Source of the DNA: Methanobrevibacter millerae
GTDB lineage: Archaea; Methanobacteriota; Methanobacteria; Methanobacteriales; Methanobacteriaceae
Direction of reading: 5' to 3'
Assembly (NCBI GenBank): GCA_015063005.1
Contig: SUTF01000004.1
Location: forward strand, 23,497-55,496
Length of the DNA: 32,000 nt
Position numbers and translations under genes: made by a program. This document shows positions 10,063-20,088 of the stretch, in pieces. The notes beneath the pieces were generated by a model. That model was not told where the DNA came from, did not search any database, and saw only the letters and a list, made by a program, of their open reading frames with translations. Positions within the stretch are counted from its first letter, which is position 1. Every line of letters begins with the position of its first letter.

Positions 10063-12024
10063 TTAATTTTTATCAAAAGCCTTAAGCGCATATAACTTAT
10101 TTCTAAGCTCAGCAGCACGTTCAAAATCAAGCCTTGCAGCTGCCTCTTTCATGTCGCTTTCAACATCCTTAATCAGCAACCTAAGTTCATCTTTAGGCAT
10201 TTTACTGATGTCCGCACCGGATGCGATTTTCTCTTCTGTTTCGGTTTTTTCTTTCAATGTACGTGTGGTTGATTTAGGTACGATGCCGTGTTCCTCATTA
10301 TATTTCATCTGTAGGAAACGACGTTTTTTGGTGATTTCAGTTGCATTTCTAACTGAATCGGTCATATCGTCAACATACATTATTACCTGACCGTTCACAT
10401 TTCTTGCTGCACGGCCGATAGTCTGTATTAATGAAGTTTCGTTTCTTAAAAATCCTTCCTTGTCCGCATCCAAAATGGCCACCAATGAAACTTCAGGCAA
10501 ATCAAGACCTTCCCTTAATAGATTTACCCCTACAAGAACGTCAAATGTTCCTCTTCTCAAATCATCAACAATATCAATTCTTTCAAGGGTATCTATTTCA
10601 GAGTGCATATACCTTACCTTAACACCGATTTTGGCATAATAATCAGTTAAGTCTTCAGCCATTCTTTTAGTTAATGTTGTAACAAGCACCCTTTCATTTT
10701 TTTCTGCTCGTTTTTTGACTTCACCTAGCAAATCCTCAACCTGACCTTCAACCGGCCTTATTATTACTTCAGGGTCAACCAGACCTGTCGGACGAATGAT
10801 TTGCTCTACAACATTTCTTGACCTTGCAAGCTCATATTGTCCCGGAGTTGCAGAAACATAAATTACTTGATTAACGCTTGATTCAAACTCATCAAATCTT
10901 AAAGGTCTGTTTTCCTTAGCTGAAGGTAATCTGAATCCATATTCAACTAAGGTTTCCTTACGGGCACGGTCTCCATTATACATTCCCCTGATTTGAGGGA
11001 CTGTAACATGTGATTCATCAATAATGGTTAAAAAGTCATCTGGGAAATATTTCAATAATGAATATGGTTTTTCTCCCCATTTACGACCGGACAAATGCAT
11101 GGAATAGTTTTCTACACCTGGACAATATCCCATTTCCTGAAGCATTTCTATATCAAAACGAGTTCTCTGCTCTAATCTTTGAGCTTCAAGAATCTTGTTC
11201 ATGGCATTTAATTCATTCAACCTTTCATTTAATTCGGATTTAATGTTGGCTAATGCCACATCCATCTTGTCCTGGCCGACTACAAAGTGCTTTGCGGGGA
11301 AAATCATATATCTAGGCAAACTTTCAATTTTTTTGCCTGTTATCTTATCAATGATGCTTATTGCATCTATTTCATCACCAAAAAGTTCAATTCTAACAGG
11401 CGGTGTTCCATGAACGGGATTGATTTCAATGACATCTCCCCTGACTCTGAAATGTCCACGGTCAAATTCAATGTCATTACGTTCATACTGCATGAAAACT
11501 AGTTTTTTGATGATTTCTGATCTGTCATAAATATCGCCGACAGCTATTCCGAATGCAAACTCCCCATAATCTTCAGGAGAACCGATACCATAGATACAAC
11601 TCACACTGCTCACAACAATTACATCATCCCTTGACAAGAGAGACTGAGTTGCAGAGTGACGCATCATATCAATTTCTTCATTGATGGAGGCCTCCTTATC
11701 AATGAATGTATCTGTTCTTGGCACATAGGCTTCAGGCTGGTAATAATCATAATAACTGACAAAGTATTCGACAGCATTGTCCGGGAAGAATTCCTTGAAT
11801 TCCTCGTACAATTGTGCAGCCAATGTTTTGTTATGTGAAATGACAAGGGTGGGCTTTTGAACCTTTTCAATGACATTTGCCATGGTAAAGGTCTTTCCGG
11901 AACCGGTTACCCCAAGCAGTGTCTGTTCACGAATATTATCATTTATGCCTTTAGCCAATGAATCAATAGCTTTCGGCTGATCACCAAGTGGTTTATATGG
12001 TGAATTAAGTTTAAATTCCTTCAT
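10063..12024 (-). CDS. uvrB: Excinuclease ABC subunit B
   Basis: 653 aa. Helicase motif I is [12 protein letters not shown], followed by DESHVT, YVSATPG and QTIGRAARN. The C-terminal UVR domain is [13 protein letters not shown]. The start ATG overlaps the stop of orf99 (ATGA at 12021-12024). Confidence 0.97.
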   Translation of the reverse strand: MKEFKLNSPYKPLGDQPKAIDSLAKGINDNIREQTLLGVTGSGKTFTMANVIEKVQKPTLVISHNKTLAAQLYEEFKEFFPDNAVEYFVSYYDYYQPEAYVPRTDTFIDKEASINEEIDMMRHSATQSLLSRDDVIVVSSVSCIYGIGSPEDYGEFAFGIAVGDIYDRSEIIKKLVFMQYERNDIEFDRGHFRVRGDVIEINPVHGTPPVRIELFGDEIDAISIIDKITGKKIESLPRYMIFPAKHFVVGQDKMDVALANIKSELNERLNELNAMNKILEAQRLEQRTRFDIEMLQEMGYCPGVENYSMHLSGRKWGEKPYSLLKYFPDDFLTIIDESHVTVPQIRGMYNGDRARKETLVEYGFRLPSAKENRPLRFDEFESSVNQVIYVSATPGQYELARSRNVVEQIIRPTGLVDPEVIIRPVEGQVEDLLGEVKKRAEKNERVLVTTLTKRMAEDLTDYYAKIGVKVRYMHSEIDTLERIDIVDDLRRGTFDVLVGVNLLREGLDLPEVSLVAILDADKEGFLRNETSLIQTIGRAARNVNGQVIMYVDDMTDSVRNATEITKKRRFLQMKYNEEHGIVPKSTTRTLKEKTETEEKIASGADISKMPKDELRLLIKDVESDMKEAAARLDFERAAELRNKLYALKAFDKN

Positions 12025-12320
12025 GAGTTATCAACGGTAATATTAAAGCTGATATGAATATATCTTGCAGAGCAGCAAGGAACAACCCTTTCATCCCTTA
12101 CAGTCAATTTACCATATTTAGCCAGCTTAGATTCAACTTCCCTCATTATAGCAGGAGCATTTCTTTCATCAAATACTCTTAAAGAACCTAAAAAAGTAGT
12201 TTTACCCCGCATATTCATTACAGAAATACCGTCTACCTCATAAGGTTCGTTCCAATCTTTTAAAATGGAATTTGAATCATCAATTAAGTCTTGTTTAATT
12301 TTTTCCTTATCAATTGGCAT
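12021..12320 (-). CDS. Hypothetical 99-aa protein translationally coupled between prs and uvrB
   Basis: The ATG at 12320 lies 2 nt after the prs TAA, with GAGGAA formed by the last prs codons. The TGA overlaps the uvrB ATG. No motif was recognised; the protein is soluble and contains a CC pair (VVPCCSARY). Confidence 0.6.
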   Translation of the reverse strand: MPIDKEKIKQDLIDDSNSILKDWNEPYEVDGISVMNMRGKTTFLGSLRVFDERNAPAIMREVESKLAKYGKLTVRDERVVPCCSARYIHISFNITVDNS

Positions 12321-12322
12321 TT

Positions 12323-13237
12323 TTATTTCCTCAATACATCCACTATGCTTTGAGCTAGTGAAACACGAGAAGTATCAGAAGATAAACTGTTGGTTGATAT
12401 GATTTTATCTGCACCTGCAGCGTATATTCTTACTGTTCCACCGTTTACAAGTATTGGGTGAACACAGCATACATCAACGCTTTCAGCACCATACTGTTTT
12501 AAAATTTTGATTGCATTAACAATTGTTCCACCAGTAGCAATAATATCATCAATTATAAAAGCATTTTTTCCTTTTACTGAATCCACATTTACTGTACTTT
12601 CATCGGCACCTTCACATCTTACATCCACTATTCTGGTTTCTACCTTATCAGGTCCTAAACGGACTTTGGACAAGTAAGTACAGTCACATCCTATAATTTC
12701 AGCCATTTCACGTGCAAAGCCATATGCACCTTTATCTGGAGCAATGATTATTGGATTACTTTTTTCTTTTTTAATATATTTCTTATTAATGTATCCTGCA
12801 ATTGCAGGCATTGCAGAAACGTTTTGAGTTTTGATAGAAAAGAAGTCTAGGACACATTCTTCATGAATATTGAATGTTATGAATTCATCTGCTCCTGCAG
12901 ATTCAATCAAATTAGCAACAATTTTTGCAGAAATAGCTTCCCCATCATTGAAACGTTTTTCTTGTCTTGCATAGCCCAAATATGGAACTACAACGCGAAC
13001 ATATTTAGCTCCAAGATCCTTTATGTTTGAAATCAAGAACAACAATTCCATGAGATTTTCATCTTGGGGATATCCTGTTGACTGAATGATAGTTACTTCT
13101 TCGTCCACTTTGCCGTTGACACGCAAATATCTTTCTCCATCAGGAAAACTCTTAAATTCAACATAACATAATTCTTCTCCTAATTCCTTTGCAACATGAG
13201 CCGCTAAATCTTGAGAAGCTGAACCGCTTATAATCAT
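12323..13237 (-). CDS. prs: Ribose-phosphate pyrophosphokinase (PRPP synthetase)
   Basis: 304 aa. The N-terminus reads FKSFPDGERYLRV. The PRPP-binding loop is AFIIDDIIATGGT, and VVVPYLGYARQEKRF is also present. GGTGAT RBS lies 3 nt before the ATG. Confidence 0.93.
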   Translation of the reverse strand: MIISGSASQDLAAHVAKELGEELCYVEFKSFPDGERYLRVNGKVDEEVTIIQSTGYPQDENLMELLFLISNIKDLGAKYVRVVVPYLGYARQEKRFNDGEAISAKIVANLIESAGADEFITFNIHEECVLDFFSIKTQNVSAMPAIAGYINKKYIKKEKSNPIIIAPDKGAYGFAREMAEIIGCDCTYLSKVRLGPDKVETRIVDVRCEGADESTVNVDSVKGKNAFIIDDIIATGGTIVNAIKILKQYGAESVDVCCVHPILVNGGTVRIYAAGADKIISTNSLSSDTSRVSLAQSIVDVLRK

Positions 13238-13318
13238 AATATCACCATAAATTTCTATTATTATATAATTTGAATTTACAGTAATAAAAAGTTAAGTATG
13301 AACTTAAAAAAATAAGAT

Positions 13319-13684
13319 TTATCTAAACATCACATATATTGATAAAATAACACCAACAGTTGAAATTGCCAATTGAATATAACCATGACGTCTCAATTCC
13401 CTATATGGAGCTTGAATTAAATAAAAAGGTAAGAAAAATCCGAAGAATGTGAATATTGCCATATTCGTATGTTTTGAAAGAAGACCAAAAATAAATCCAC
13501 TCCATGAAAGAAATATTGTTACGATATAGGACAGAATCAATACTTTTTTATTGATTCTAGGCTGTGCCTTATATACAATGAAATTTTTAGGCTGAACTCC
13601 CTCAATTAAGGGATTGCCACATTTGGCACAGAAATCATAATCATCCTGATTTTCATATTCACATTTAGAACAAATTCTAGTCAT
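13319..13684 (-). CDS. Zinc-ribbon domain membrane protein
   Basis: The N-terminus has CSKCEYEN..CAKCGNPL (a double CxxC zinc ribbon), followed by about three hydrophobic helices. The track start at 13687 is GTG; the next codon (13684) is ATG and is preferred. Confidence 0.65.
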   Translation of the reverse strand: MTRICSKCEYENQDDYDFCAKCGNPLIEGVQPKNFIVYKAQPRINKKVLILSYIVTIFLSWSGFIFGLLSKHTNMAIFTFFGFFLPFYLIQAPYRELRRHGYIQLAISTVGVILSIYVMFR

Positions 13685-13769
13685 CACTATAAAATTATAA
13701 ACTAAAAGTATATAAATTTATTTTATATTAAAACAGATTTATTAATATAACAATTGATTTGGTGAAAAT

Positions 13770-14612
13770 ATGGAATATTATAAATTGAACAATGGCGAAA
13801 AAATGCCTTCAATTAACTTTGGGGTCTATGAAATTGAGCCTGAAGAAACAAAAGAAGCTGTACTTAAAGCTTTAGAAGTTGGATATAGAGGAATAGATAA
13901 TGCCCAAGTCTACTACAACCAAAAAGAGGTTGGCCAAGCAATAAAAGAAAGTGATGTTCCCCGTGAGGAAATCTATTTGACCAGTAAAAACTGGGTCAGC
14001 AATTCAGGATACGACAAAACAATCAAGGCATTCGATAAAACATTAGAAGAATTGCAGACTGACTATTTAGACTTGTTTTTAATCCATCAACCTCTTGGAG
14101 ACTATTACGGAACTTATAGGGCACTTGAAGATTTGCAGAAAGAAGGCAAAATTTTATCAATAGGAGTATCTAATTTCTATCCTAAACGTTTGATTGATCT
14201 GATAATGAACAATGATACAGTACCACAAGTAAACCAAGTTGAAACAAGCCCATATTTCCAGCAATGGGAAGCAAATGAATATATGAATGAATATAACGTC
14301 CAACATCAATCCTGGGGTCCATTTTCAGAAGGAATTGATAATCTTTTTGAAAACCCTATTCTTTCAGAAATAGCAGAAAAATATTCCAAAAGCACAAGCC
14401 AAATTATTTTAAGATGGTTAATTGACAGAAAAATAGCAATAGCATGCAGATCAGTCAAAGAAGAAAGAATGGTTCAAAATTTTGACATATTTGACTTTAA
14501 ACTATCCAGTCAGGATATTGAAAAGATTAAAGAAATAGACACTGGAGAAAGTCCTTTCATGGAAGTAAATGACCCTACCGATGCAATAGAGTTCAATGAA
14601 GAAATAGTTTAA
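13770..14612 (+). CDS. Aldo/keto reductase family oxidoreductase
   Basis: 280 aa. The AKR pattern is present: GYRGIDNAQVYYNQKEVGQAI, LDLFLIHQP, IGVSNF, QVNQVETSPY. GGTGAAAAT lies directly before the ATG. Confidence 0.9.
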   Translation: MEYYKLNNGEKMPSINFGVYEIEPEETKEAVLKALEVGYRGIDNAQVYYNQKEVGQAIKESDVPREEIYLTSKNWVSNSGYDKTIKAFDKTLEELQTDYLDLFLIHQPLGDYYGTYRALEDLQKEGKILSIGVSNFYPKRLIDLIMNNDTVPQVNQVETSPYFQQWEANEYMNEYNVQHQSWGPFSEGIDNLFENPILSEIAEKYSKSTSQIILRWLIDRKIAIACRSVKEERMVQNFDIFDFKLSSQDIEKIKEIDTGESPFMEVNDPTDAIEFNEEIV

Positions 14613-14666
14613 TTTCAAATTTTTATTATTTTTTATTTTTGAAAATTTAAAAAAAAAGAAAAAAAG
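14613..14666. terminator. Bidirectional oligo-T terminator region between convergent genes
   Basis: On the plus strand, T-runs (tttttattattttttattttt) follow the AKR stop. An A9/A7 run follows, which reads as T-runs downstream of the minus-strand 71-aa gene. Archaeal termination uses oligo-T tracts. Confidence 0.5.
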
Positions 14667-14882
14667 TTAATATGTTTTATATGCATCATATGCAGCATAT
14701 AACTGGTATATTAATGATATAGCTCTACCAATAAGACCTAAACCAAACCAAAATATTGCAAATGATAATATTACAAAAATTACAAACATTATTATTGCTT
14801 TTTTCTTATATCCATTTATTCCCTGACCAAGACCCGGAATAATAAATGAAAGTATTGCATTAATTATTGCATCCCATTCCAT
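14667..14882 (-). CDS. Small membrane protein (two hydrophobic helices)
   Basis: 71 aa. An IIPGLGQGINGYKKK motif sits between hydrophobic segments. AGTGAT RBS-like sequence lies 3 nt upstream of the ATG. Confidence 0.55.
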   Translation of the reverse strand: MEWDAIINAILSFIIPGLGQGINGYKKKAIIMFVIFVILSFAIFWFGLGLIGRAISLIYQLYAAYDAYKTY

Positions 14883-15084
14883 TTTATCACTTGAAAAAAA
14901 TTTTTAAGAAACTGAAATATCGTTAAATTAAACTGTATATTCCATGTTCCATATTAATCATTAAATTTAGTTATATTTAAAATTAATGAATCAAAATATA
15001 TTTAGCAAATTCTAAAATATTTATTAACAACTTTATAACATATATATTTTATCTTTTAAAAAAAAATTGGTTAAAGGTTAAATT

Positions 15085-15999
15085 ATGAAAGTTAAAGACG
15101 GCATAATCGGATTAATTATTGGAGATGCATTAGGTGTTCCTGTAGAGTTTAACTATAGAGAAGACCTTAAAATGAATCCTGTTACAAAAATGGAAGGATA
15201 TGGTACTTACAATATGCCTCCAGGAACCTGGTCTGATGACTCATCAATGACAATAGCCACTATGGCAAGCATTGTAAACAGAAATGGTATTGACTATGAT
15301 GACATAATGAATGAATTCTTAGAATGGGTTGAAAGAGGAAAATACACACAATACAATGATACATTCGATTATGGAATAACAACAATCAACGGAATTAACA
15401 ATTACAAAAAAGGGTTTGAAGCTATTGAATGTGGTGGAACTGGTGAAAGAGACAACGGAAATGGATCTTTGATGAGAATTCTGCCTCTGGCATTTATTCC
15501 AAACATCGATTATGAAACTATTGAAAACATCTCTGGCCTGACCCATGGACATATGAGATCAAAGATATCATGCGTATTCTACATTGAAATAGCAAAATCA
15601 ATGCTTGAAAATGACTTGTCAATTGATGAGCACATCAACTTGGCCAGTGCAAAAATCAAAGAATACTACAAGGATTCCGGTGAGTTGCATCATTTCGATA
15701 GAATATTCAATGATGACTTAAATGATGAGGACACAATAAGTAGTAAGGGCTATGTAATCTCCACATTTGAAAGTGTAATCCATTGCCTTAAAAATACCGA
15801 CAATTTTAGGGATGCAGTACTAAAAGCTGTGAACTTAGGTCGGGACACTGATACTGTTGGTGCAATATGTGGAGGACTAGCAGGAATATTTTATGGATAT
15901 GACTCAATTCCTATAGATTGGATTGATGAAATTCCTAAAATTAATCAAGTCATTGAATTATGTGAAAAGTACGAGGCGTTTTGCGATGGATGTTTATGA
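15085..15999 (+). CDS. ADP-ribosylglycohydrolase family protein (DraG/ARH-like)
   Basis: 304 aa. Motifs are GLIIGDALGVPVEF, GTWSDDSSMT, GNGSLMRILPLA and GRDTDTVGAICGGLAGIFYG, which are the metal-binding Asp/Thr motifs of the ARH fold. Confidence 0.9.
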   Translation: MKVKDGIIGLIIGDALGVPVEFNYREDLKMNPVTKMEGYGTYNMPPGTWSDDSSMTIATMASIVNRNGIDYDDIMNEFLEWVERGKYTQYNDTFDYGITTINGINNYKKGFEAIECGGTGERDNGNGSLMRILPLAFIPNIDYETIENISGLTHGHMRSKISCVFYIEIAKSMLENDLSIDEHINLASAKIKEYYKDSGELHHFDRIFNDDLNDEDTISSKGYVISTFESVIHCLKNTDNFRDAVLKAVNLGRDTDTVGAICGGLAGIFYGYDSIPIDWIDEIPKINQVIELCEKYEAFCDGCL

Positions 16000-16468
16000 A
16001 ACTATTAAAAATATAAGGGCTAGATGCAATAATTTTATGGACCCTGATTTAGTAGCTACAATAATTGATGAAAACTACTACATGGGCAACAATAATATTT
16101 TAGAAATAACTGGATATGACATTTCAGAAAATGATAGCTATGAAGACAGGCTCATGAAAATATTAAAAAAAGAAAATATTTTCATTAACTGTGGAATGCT
16201 TGCATTTATCCCAATAGTCAATGAATGCGATATTTTTTCATTCATCGATGAGACAATCAAGATATCACAGGAAGAATATGAAAAAAATGCTCACGAAAAT
16301 GAGTTGTATTTTGGAATATTGATTGAAAAAGATACATCGGATTACATCATTGGAACAATTGATTTGTGCGGATGCAAAGTCGAATCTAGTTTTAGACCCG
16401 TTAAAAAAAGTGATGATGGATTATATAAAAAATTGGCAGAGATAATTGAAAAAGAAATTATCTCTTAA
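15986..16468 (+). CDS. Hypothetical acidic protein overlapping the ARH gene 3' end
   Basis: The track ORF starts at TTG 15923, with an ATG at 15926. I prefer ATG 15986 (MDVYETIKN...), which has GAGG 10 nt upstream and only a 14-nt overlap with the ARH stop. That gives 160 aa with no recognised domain. The 3' end overlaps the convergent MurT-like gene by 11 nt. Confidence 0.5.
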   Translation: MDVYETIKNIRARCNNFMDPDLVATIIDENYYMGNNNILEITGYDISENDSYEDRLMKILKKENIFINCGMLAFIPIVNECDIFSFIDETIKISQEEYEKNAHENELYFGILIEKDTSDYIIGTIDLCGCKVESSFRPVKKSDDGLYKKLAEIIEKEIIS

Positions 16469-17879
16469 TTAATTTTTGTTTTATGCTTTCCCACATTGCC
16501 TGCTCTTCACCGCAACCAGTCATGATTACATAATCATACTTTGACTCAACAGCGAGTTCATATAACTTATTGATTCTTTTTGTCATTTCATCATAGCTTA
16601 ACGGATAGAATTCGGCATCAGGATATTCTTTTTTAATGATATTATAATATTCTTCAGCTTTTTCTATGGATTTTCTTCCAGGAACTACAATTACATGAGC
16701 AGGTTTGAGAGCTTTTATCACTTCGAAGTGGTCTTCAAATATTTCCTCTTCATCAACATCAGGTGTTGTGTAGATGAATTCCAAGGGACCTTCAATAAAT
16801 TGATTCATGAATAATGCATTGATTTTTGCTGCATCACCATTATCTCCCTGACCAAGACCTATCAATTTATTTTCATGTTTTACCACTTCAAATCTTCCAG
16901 GAGGGATGAATGACATGTCTAAATTATCAAATACCTTATGGATAGTGCTTTCTATGTTTTCAATTTTTGGAGTGAATGTTGCATAAGTAGTTATTGAAGC
17001 TAAAGTATTGTATATATTGTGGAATCCGAATGGAGGAACTGTTAAATCAACTTTAAACGAAATATCATGTTTATTAGGGAAATTGAATAAGTTTCCTTCA
17101 ATAGTCATCATCCATTTTTCATTGGTAAATTCTATATTTGTCAATTTTACATTTGGTTCTGGGCGTTTAAATCCACATTCACAGGAATATATTCCCCTAT
17201 GATTCAAAAAGCGTTTTTCATAATTTAGTTCTTTTCCGCAGGAAGGACATTCTATCTTATCTGCATCGAAAAAGTCATGAATGTCATCAACTTCAAGGCC
17301 ATAATAATGAACCTTTACATCATTACATTTTTTATAGCCTAAAAATGCAGTTCTTGGATCATCAGTATTGGTTATTATAAATCCCTTATTCATGCCTTTG
17401 GATAATAACTCTTTTGCTTCATAATATTCATTGAAAGGATTTTTAACGCCTGCCACCTGAGCATGCTCCGGTGATATTGTTGTATAGACAACACCAATTG
17501 GGTCAACGACTCTTTGAACTGTATCAGGTATTCCATATTTCTTATTACGAATACCATATTCAAAAACTCCAATTTCTCCTTTTTGCTGAATTAAAGCAGA
17601 AGCAATAGCATTTATTGTATTACTTTCAAAACTACTCCTTATTTCCAAATCATTTGATAATAATTTAATTAAAAGAGTAGTTGTTGTTGTTTTACCGTTT
17701 GTTCCAGTCAATATAATAGAGCCAATACCTAAATCAGAAGATAACTGGGAAATTGCATCAATACCTGCAATTTTTGTAAAAACAATCCCTGCAAAACTTT
17801 TACCACTACCAGACCCTAATTTTGATATGGGCCCTCCGATTTTAGCCAATGATTTTGCAATACTCACTTTAATACTCAT
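16458..17879 (-). CDS. Mur ligase family protein, MurT-like (pseudomurein-type)
   Basis: Mur ligase P-loop ILTGTNGKTTTT at nt 17685-17705. MurT-type zinc ribbon CPSCGKELNYEKRFLNHRGIYSCECGFKRPEP at nt 17175-17249. The N-terminus KLGSGSGKSFAGIVFTKI resembles the MurT S-x-PGKIA region. The track start at 17900 is TTG; ATG at 17879 (MSIKVS...) is preferred. Confidence 0.8.
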   Translation of the reverse strand: MSIKVSIAKSLAKIGGPISKLGSGSGKSFAGIVFTKIAGIDAISQLSSDLGIGSIILTGTNGKTTTTTLLIKLLSNDLEIRSSFESNTINAIASALIQQKGEIGVFEYGIRNKKYGIPDTVQRVVDPIGVVYTTISPEHAQVAGVKNPFNEYYEAKELLSKGMNKGFIITNTDDPRTAFLGYKKCNDVKVHYYGLEVDDIHDFFDADKIECPSCGKELNYEKRFLNHRGIYSCECGFKRPEPNVKLTNIEFTNEKWMMTIEGNLFNFPNKHDISFKVDLTVPPFGFHNIYNTLASITTYATFTPKIENIESTIHKVFDNLDMSFIPPGRFEVVKHENKLIGLGQGDNGDAAKINALFMNQFIEGPLEFIYTTPDVDEEEIFEDHFEVIKALKPAHVIVVPGRKSIEKAEEYYNIIKKEYPDAEFYPLSYDEMTKRINKLYELAVESKYDYVIMTGCGEEQAMWESIKQKLIKR

Positions 17880-17948
17880 AATATTATACTTATAAAACAA
17901 AATATATAATTATTTTGGAAAAAATTAAAAAAAATAGTAGTAAACCAA

Positions 17949-19928
17949 CTAGTTAGTAGTTGGTTTTTGTATGGTTGATTGAGGAACTTTATCAGCAACT
18001 TTTGAACCGATTGATTTCATTTTTTCAATCAATTGGTCTTTTTTGCTTCCACTAATCAAGATATTTTCTAAAACATCACTTAATGTTTCAGTTGGAATAA
18101 TCTCAATCATATCTTCATATTTTTTCTCAATCATTACATCTTTTAAGTTTGATTTTGGAATTAAAACTTTTTTCATTCCGGATTCTGCAGCCGCTTCGAT
18201 TTTAGCTGTAGCACCACCAATAGGCATTACATCTCCACGAACATTTAGTGAACCTGTTAAAGCCACAGTCTGATCGATTGGAATCTCTTCAACAGCAGAT
18301 ATTACAGCGGTAGCTATACTTACACTAGCGGAGTCACCTTCAACCCCATCATAAGTCTGTATAAATTGAACGTGAATATCATAATCTGATAAGTTTTTGT
18401 TAGTGTACTTTTTGATTAATGCACTTACATTTTGAACAGATTCTGAAGCAATTTCTCCAAGTTTACCTGTAGCAATGATTTGACCACCGTTTTTGGATTG
18501 AGCAGGAGCTGCTTCTGCAGCTATAGGGGAAACGATTCCGCTTCTGTCACCAATGACAGCGAGTCCATTTACCAAACCGATTCTTCCACCTTCAGGGTTA
18601 ACCATACTGTATTCTTTTCTTTGGATAATTGATCTGTCAGCCATTTGCTGTTCGAGAGTTCTTGCGAATTTTTTAGCCTCTAAAACATGTTCAGCACTTA
18701 CCAAATCTTCACCATGTTCAATAGCTACATCACCGGAAGATCTGACTAATCCACCAAGCTCCCTTAATCTTAAGGTCAATGCATTTTGTTTTCCGGATCT
18801 ACGTTTAGCTTCCATAATAATTTCATCTAATGCATCTGGAGCGAAATGAGGAATTCTTCCATCATTTTTAACTTCCTGAGCTACAAACTGGACTAATTTT
18901 TCCCTGTTTTCGGTAGTATCTTCCATATAATCTTTCATGAAAACCTCGTAACCGTAACCTCTAATACGAGATCTCATTGCAATGTGCATTCCTTCAAGAA
19001 CTTGAATGTTACCTGATGCTACAAGCACAAAGTCACATGGCACTGCCTGGGATCTGACCATTGCACCACTTGAGTTTTCACTTTGTCCTGTAATTGCATA
19101 TTTCTTTTCCTGCATTGCAGATAATAGTTCCTGTTGGGTTTTCATTGACATTGTACCTATTTCGTCAATGTATAATACTCCACGATTTGCCTTGTGAATC
19201 ATACCTGATTCCACACGCTCATGTGCAGGAGTTCCTAATCCTCCAGATTGGTATGGGTCGTGACGTACATCTCCAAGTAAAGCTCCCGCATGTGCACCAG
19301 TAGCATCCATAAATGGTGCAAATCTTTTATCTTCATTATTTACAAGTAACTTAGGAGCCATCACATTATTTTTAGGCTTGATTTGGAGTGAAATAAGTAA
19401 AATTAATGCTGCTGCAATAATAGATTCAAGAATTCTTCCATAGAAAAATCCTATGACTAATATTCCACCAATAGCTAATGTAGTTATAAGAGTTTTACGT
19501 TCCTCATGTCCTCTAGCAGAACCTTTAGTTGCCTTTACTATTTTTTTACCTTCTCCCGCAGGAACGGTTCTTATTAAAGGATGATTATTATCTTCAACAT
19601 TCGGATAAATCAATACATCTTGAAGAGTTTCATGAGGCAATATCTGAGCCATTCCCTTTGCCAGCATTGATTTTCCAACACCCGGATCACCAATTAACAA
19701 AACATTCCTTCTTTGCTTTGCTGCCTTTTTAATAGTTTCTATGGACTCTTCGTGACCAATAACCTGGTCAATTAATAAAGGAGGAACCTCAATGTCTTTA
19801 GAACTTTTGATATTATCATAATCTAACATAGGTTTAGTTTCGTCACCTTCATCATTTTGTGCAATTTCTGGCTCTAAAACAACCTCTTTAGAAGAATCAT
19901 CAACTGGTTCTTGTTCATCAAATTTCAT
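17949..19928 (-). CDS. lon: Archaeal membrane-bound Lon protease (LonB type)
   Basis: 659 aa. Walker A is [10 protein letters not shown] and Walker B is LYIDEI. Hydrophobic helices are inserted in the AAA+ module ([27 protein letters not shown]). The C-terminal Lon protease domain carries GDSASVS and [10 protein letters not shown]. Confidence 0.93.
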   Translation of the reverse strand: MKFDEQEPVDDSSKEVVLEPEIAQNDEGDETKPMLDYDNIKSSKDIEVPPLLIDQVIGHEESIETIKKAAKQRRNVLLIGDPGVGKSMLAKGMAQILPHETLQDVLIYPNVEDNNHPLIRTVPAGEGKKIVKATKGSARGHEERKTLITTLAIGGILVIGFFYGRILESIIAAALILLISLQIKPKNNVMAPKLLVNNEDKRFAPFMDATGAHAGALLGDVRHDPYQSGGLGTPAHERVESGMIHKANRGVLYIDEIGTMSMKTQQELLSAMQEKKYAITGQSENSSGAMVRSQAVPCDFVLVASGNIQVLEGMHIAMRSRIRGYGYEVFMKDYMEDTTENREKLVQFVAQEVKNDGRIPHFAPDALDEIIMEAKRRSGKQNALTLRLRELGGLVRSSGDVAIEHGEDLVSAEHVLEAKKFARTLEQQMADRSIIQRKEYSMVNPEGGRIGLVNGLAVIGDRSGIVSPIAAEAAPAQSKNGGQIIATGKLGEIASESVQNVSALIKKYTNKNLSDYDIHVQFIQTYDGVEGDSASVSIATAVISAVEEIPIDQTVALTGSLNVRGDVMPIGGATAKIEAAAESGMKKVLIPKSNLKDVMIEKKYEDMIEIIPTETLSDVLENILISGSKKDQLIEKMKSIGSKVADKVPQSTIQKPTTN

Positions 19929-20088
19929 TAAAAAACCTCACTATTTCATATAATAAATTCAACATTTATAAAATTCATTTTCCTACTACTAATTATATTG
20001 ATTTTATTATATATAAAAAGTTTTCTAATTTAGTAAACTCAAGTAAGAAAAATAAAAAAAGAAGTAAATGAATATTAATCCTATCCAC

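Noticed and set aside
13319-14882. Zinc-ribbon membrane protein and 71-aa IPGLGQ membrane protein as a functional pair or system
   Set aside because: They are separated by an unrelated, oppositely oriented aldo/keto reductase gene, and each has its own signals. Both belong to very common small-membrane-protein types, and I saw no evidence of linkage.
15923-15985. Longer version of the ORF downstream of the ARH gene (TTG 15923 / ATG 15926)
   Set aside because: It would overlap the ARH gene by 74-77 nt. ATG 15986, with an upstream GAGG, gives a conventional short overlap. The choice remains uncertain.
17880-17900. TTG start for the MurT-like gene
   Set aside because: The seven extra residues (MFYKYNI) derive from a TATA-like AT stretch. 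MurT homologues as I recall them begin close to the MS... position at ATG 17879.
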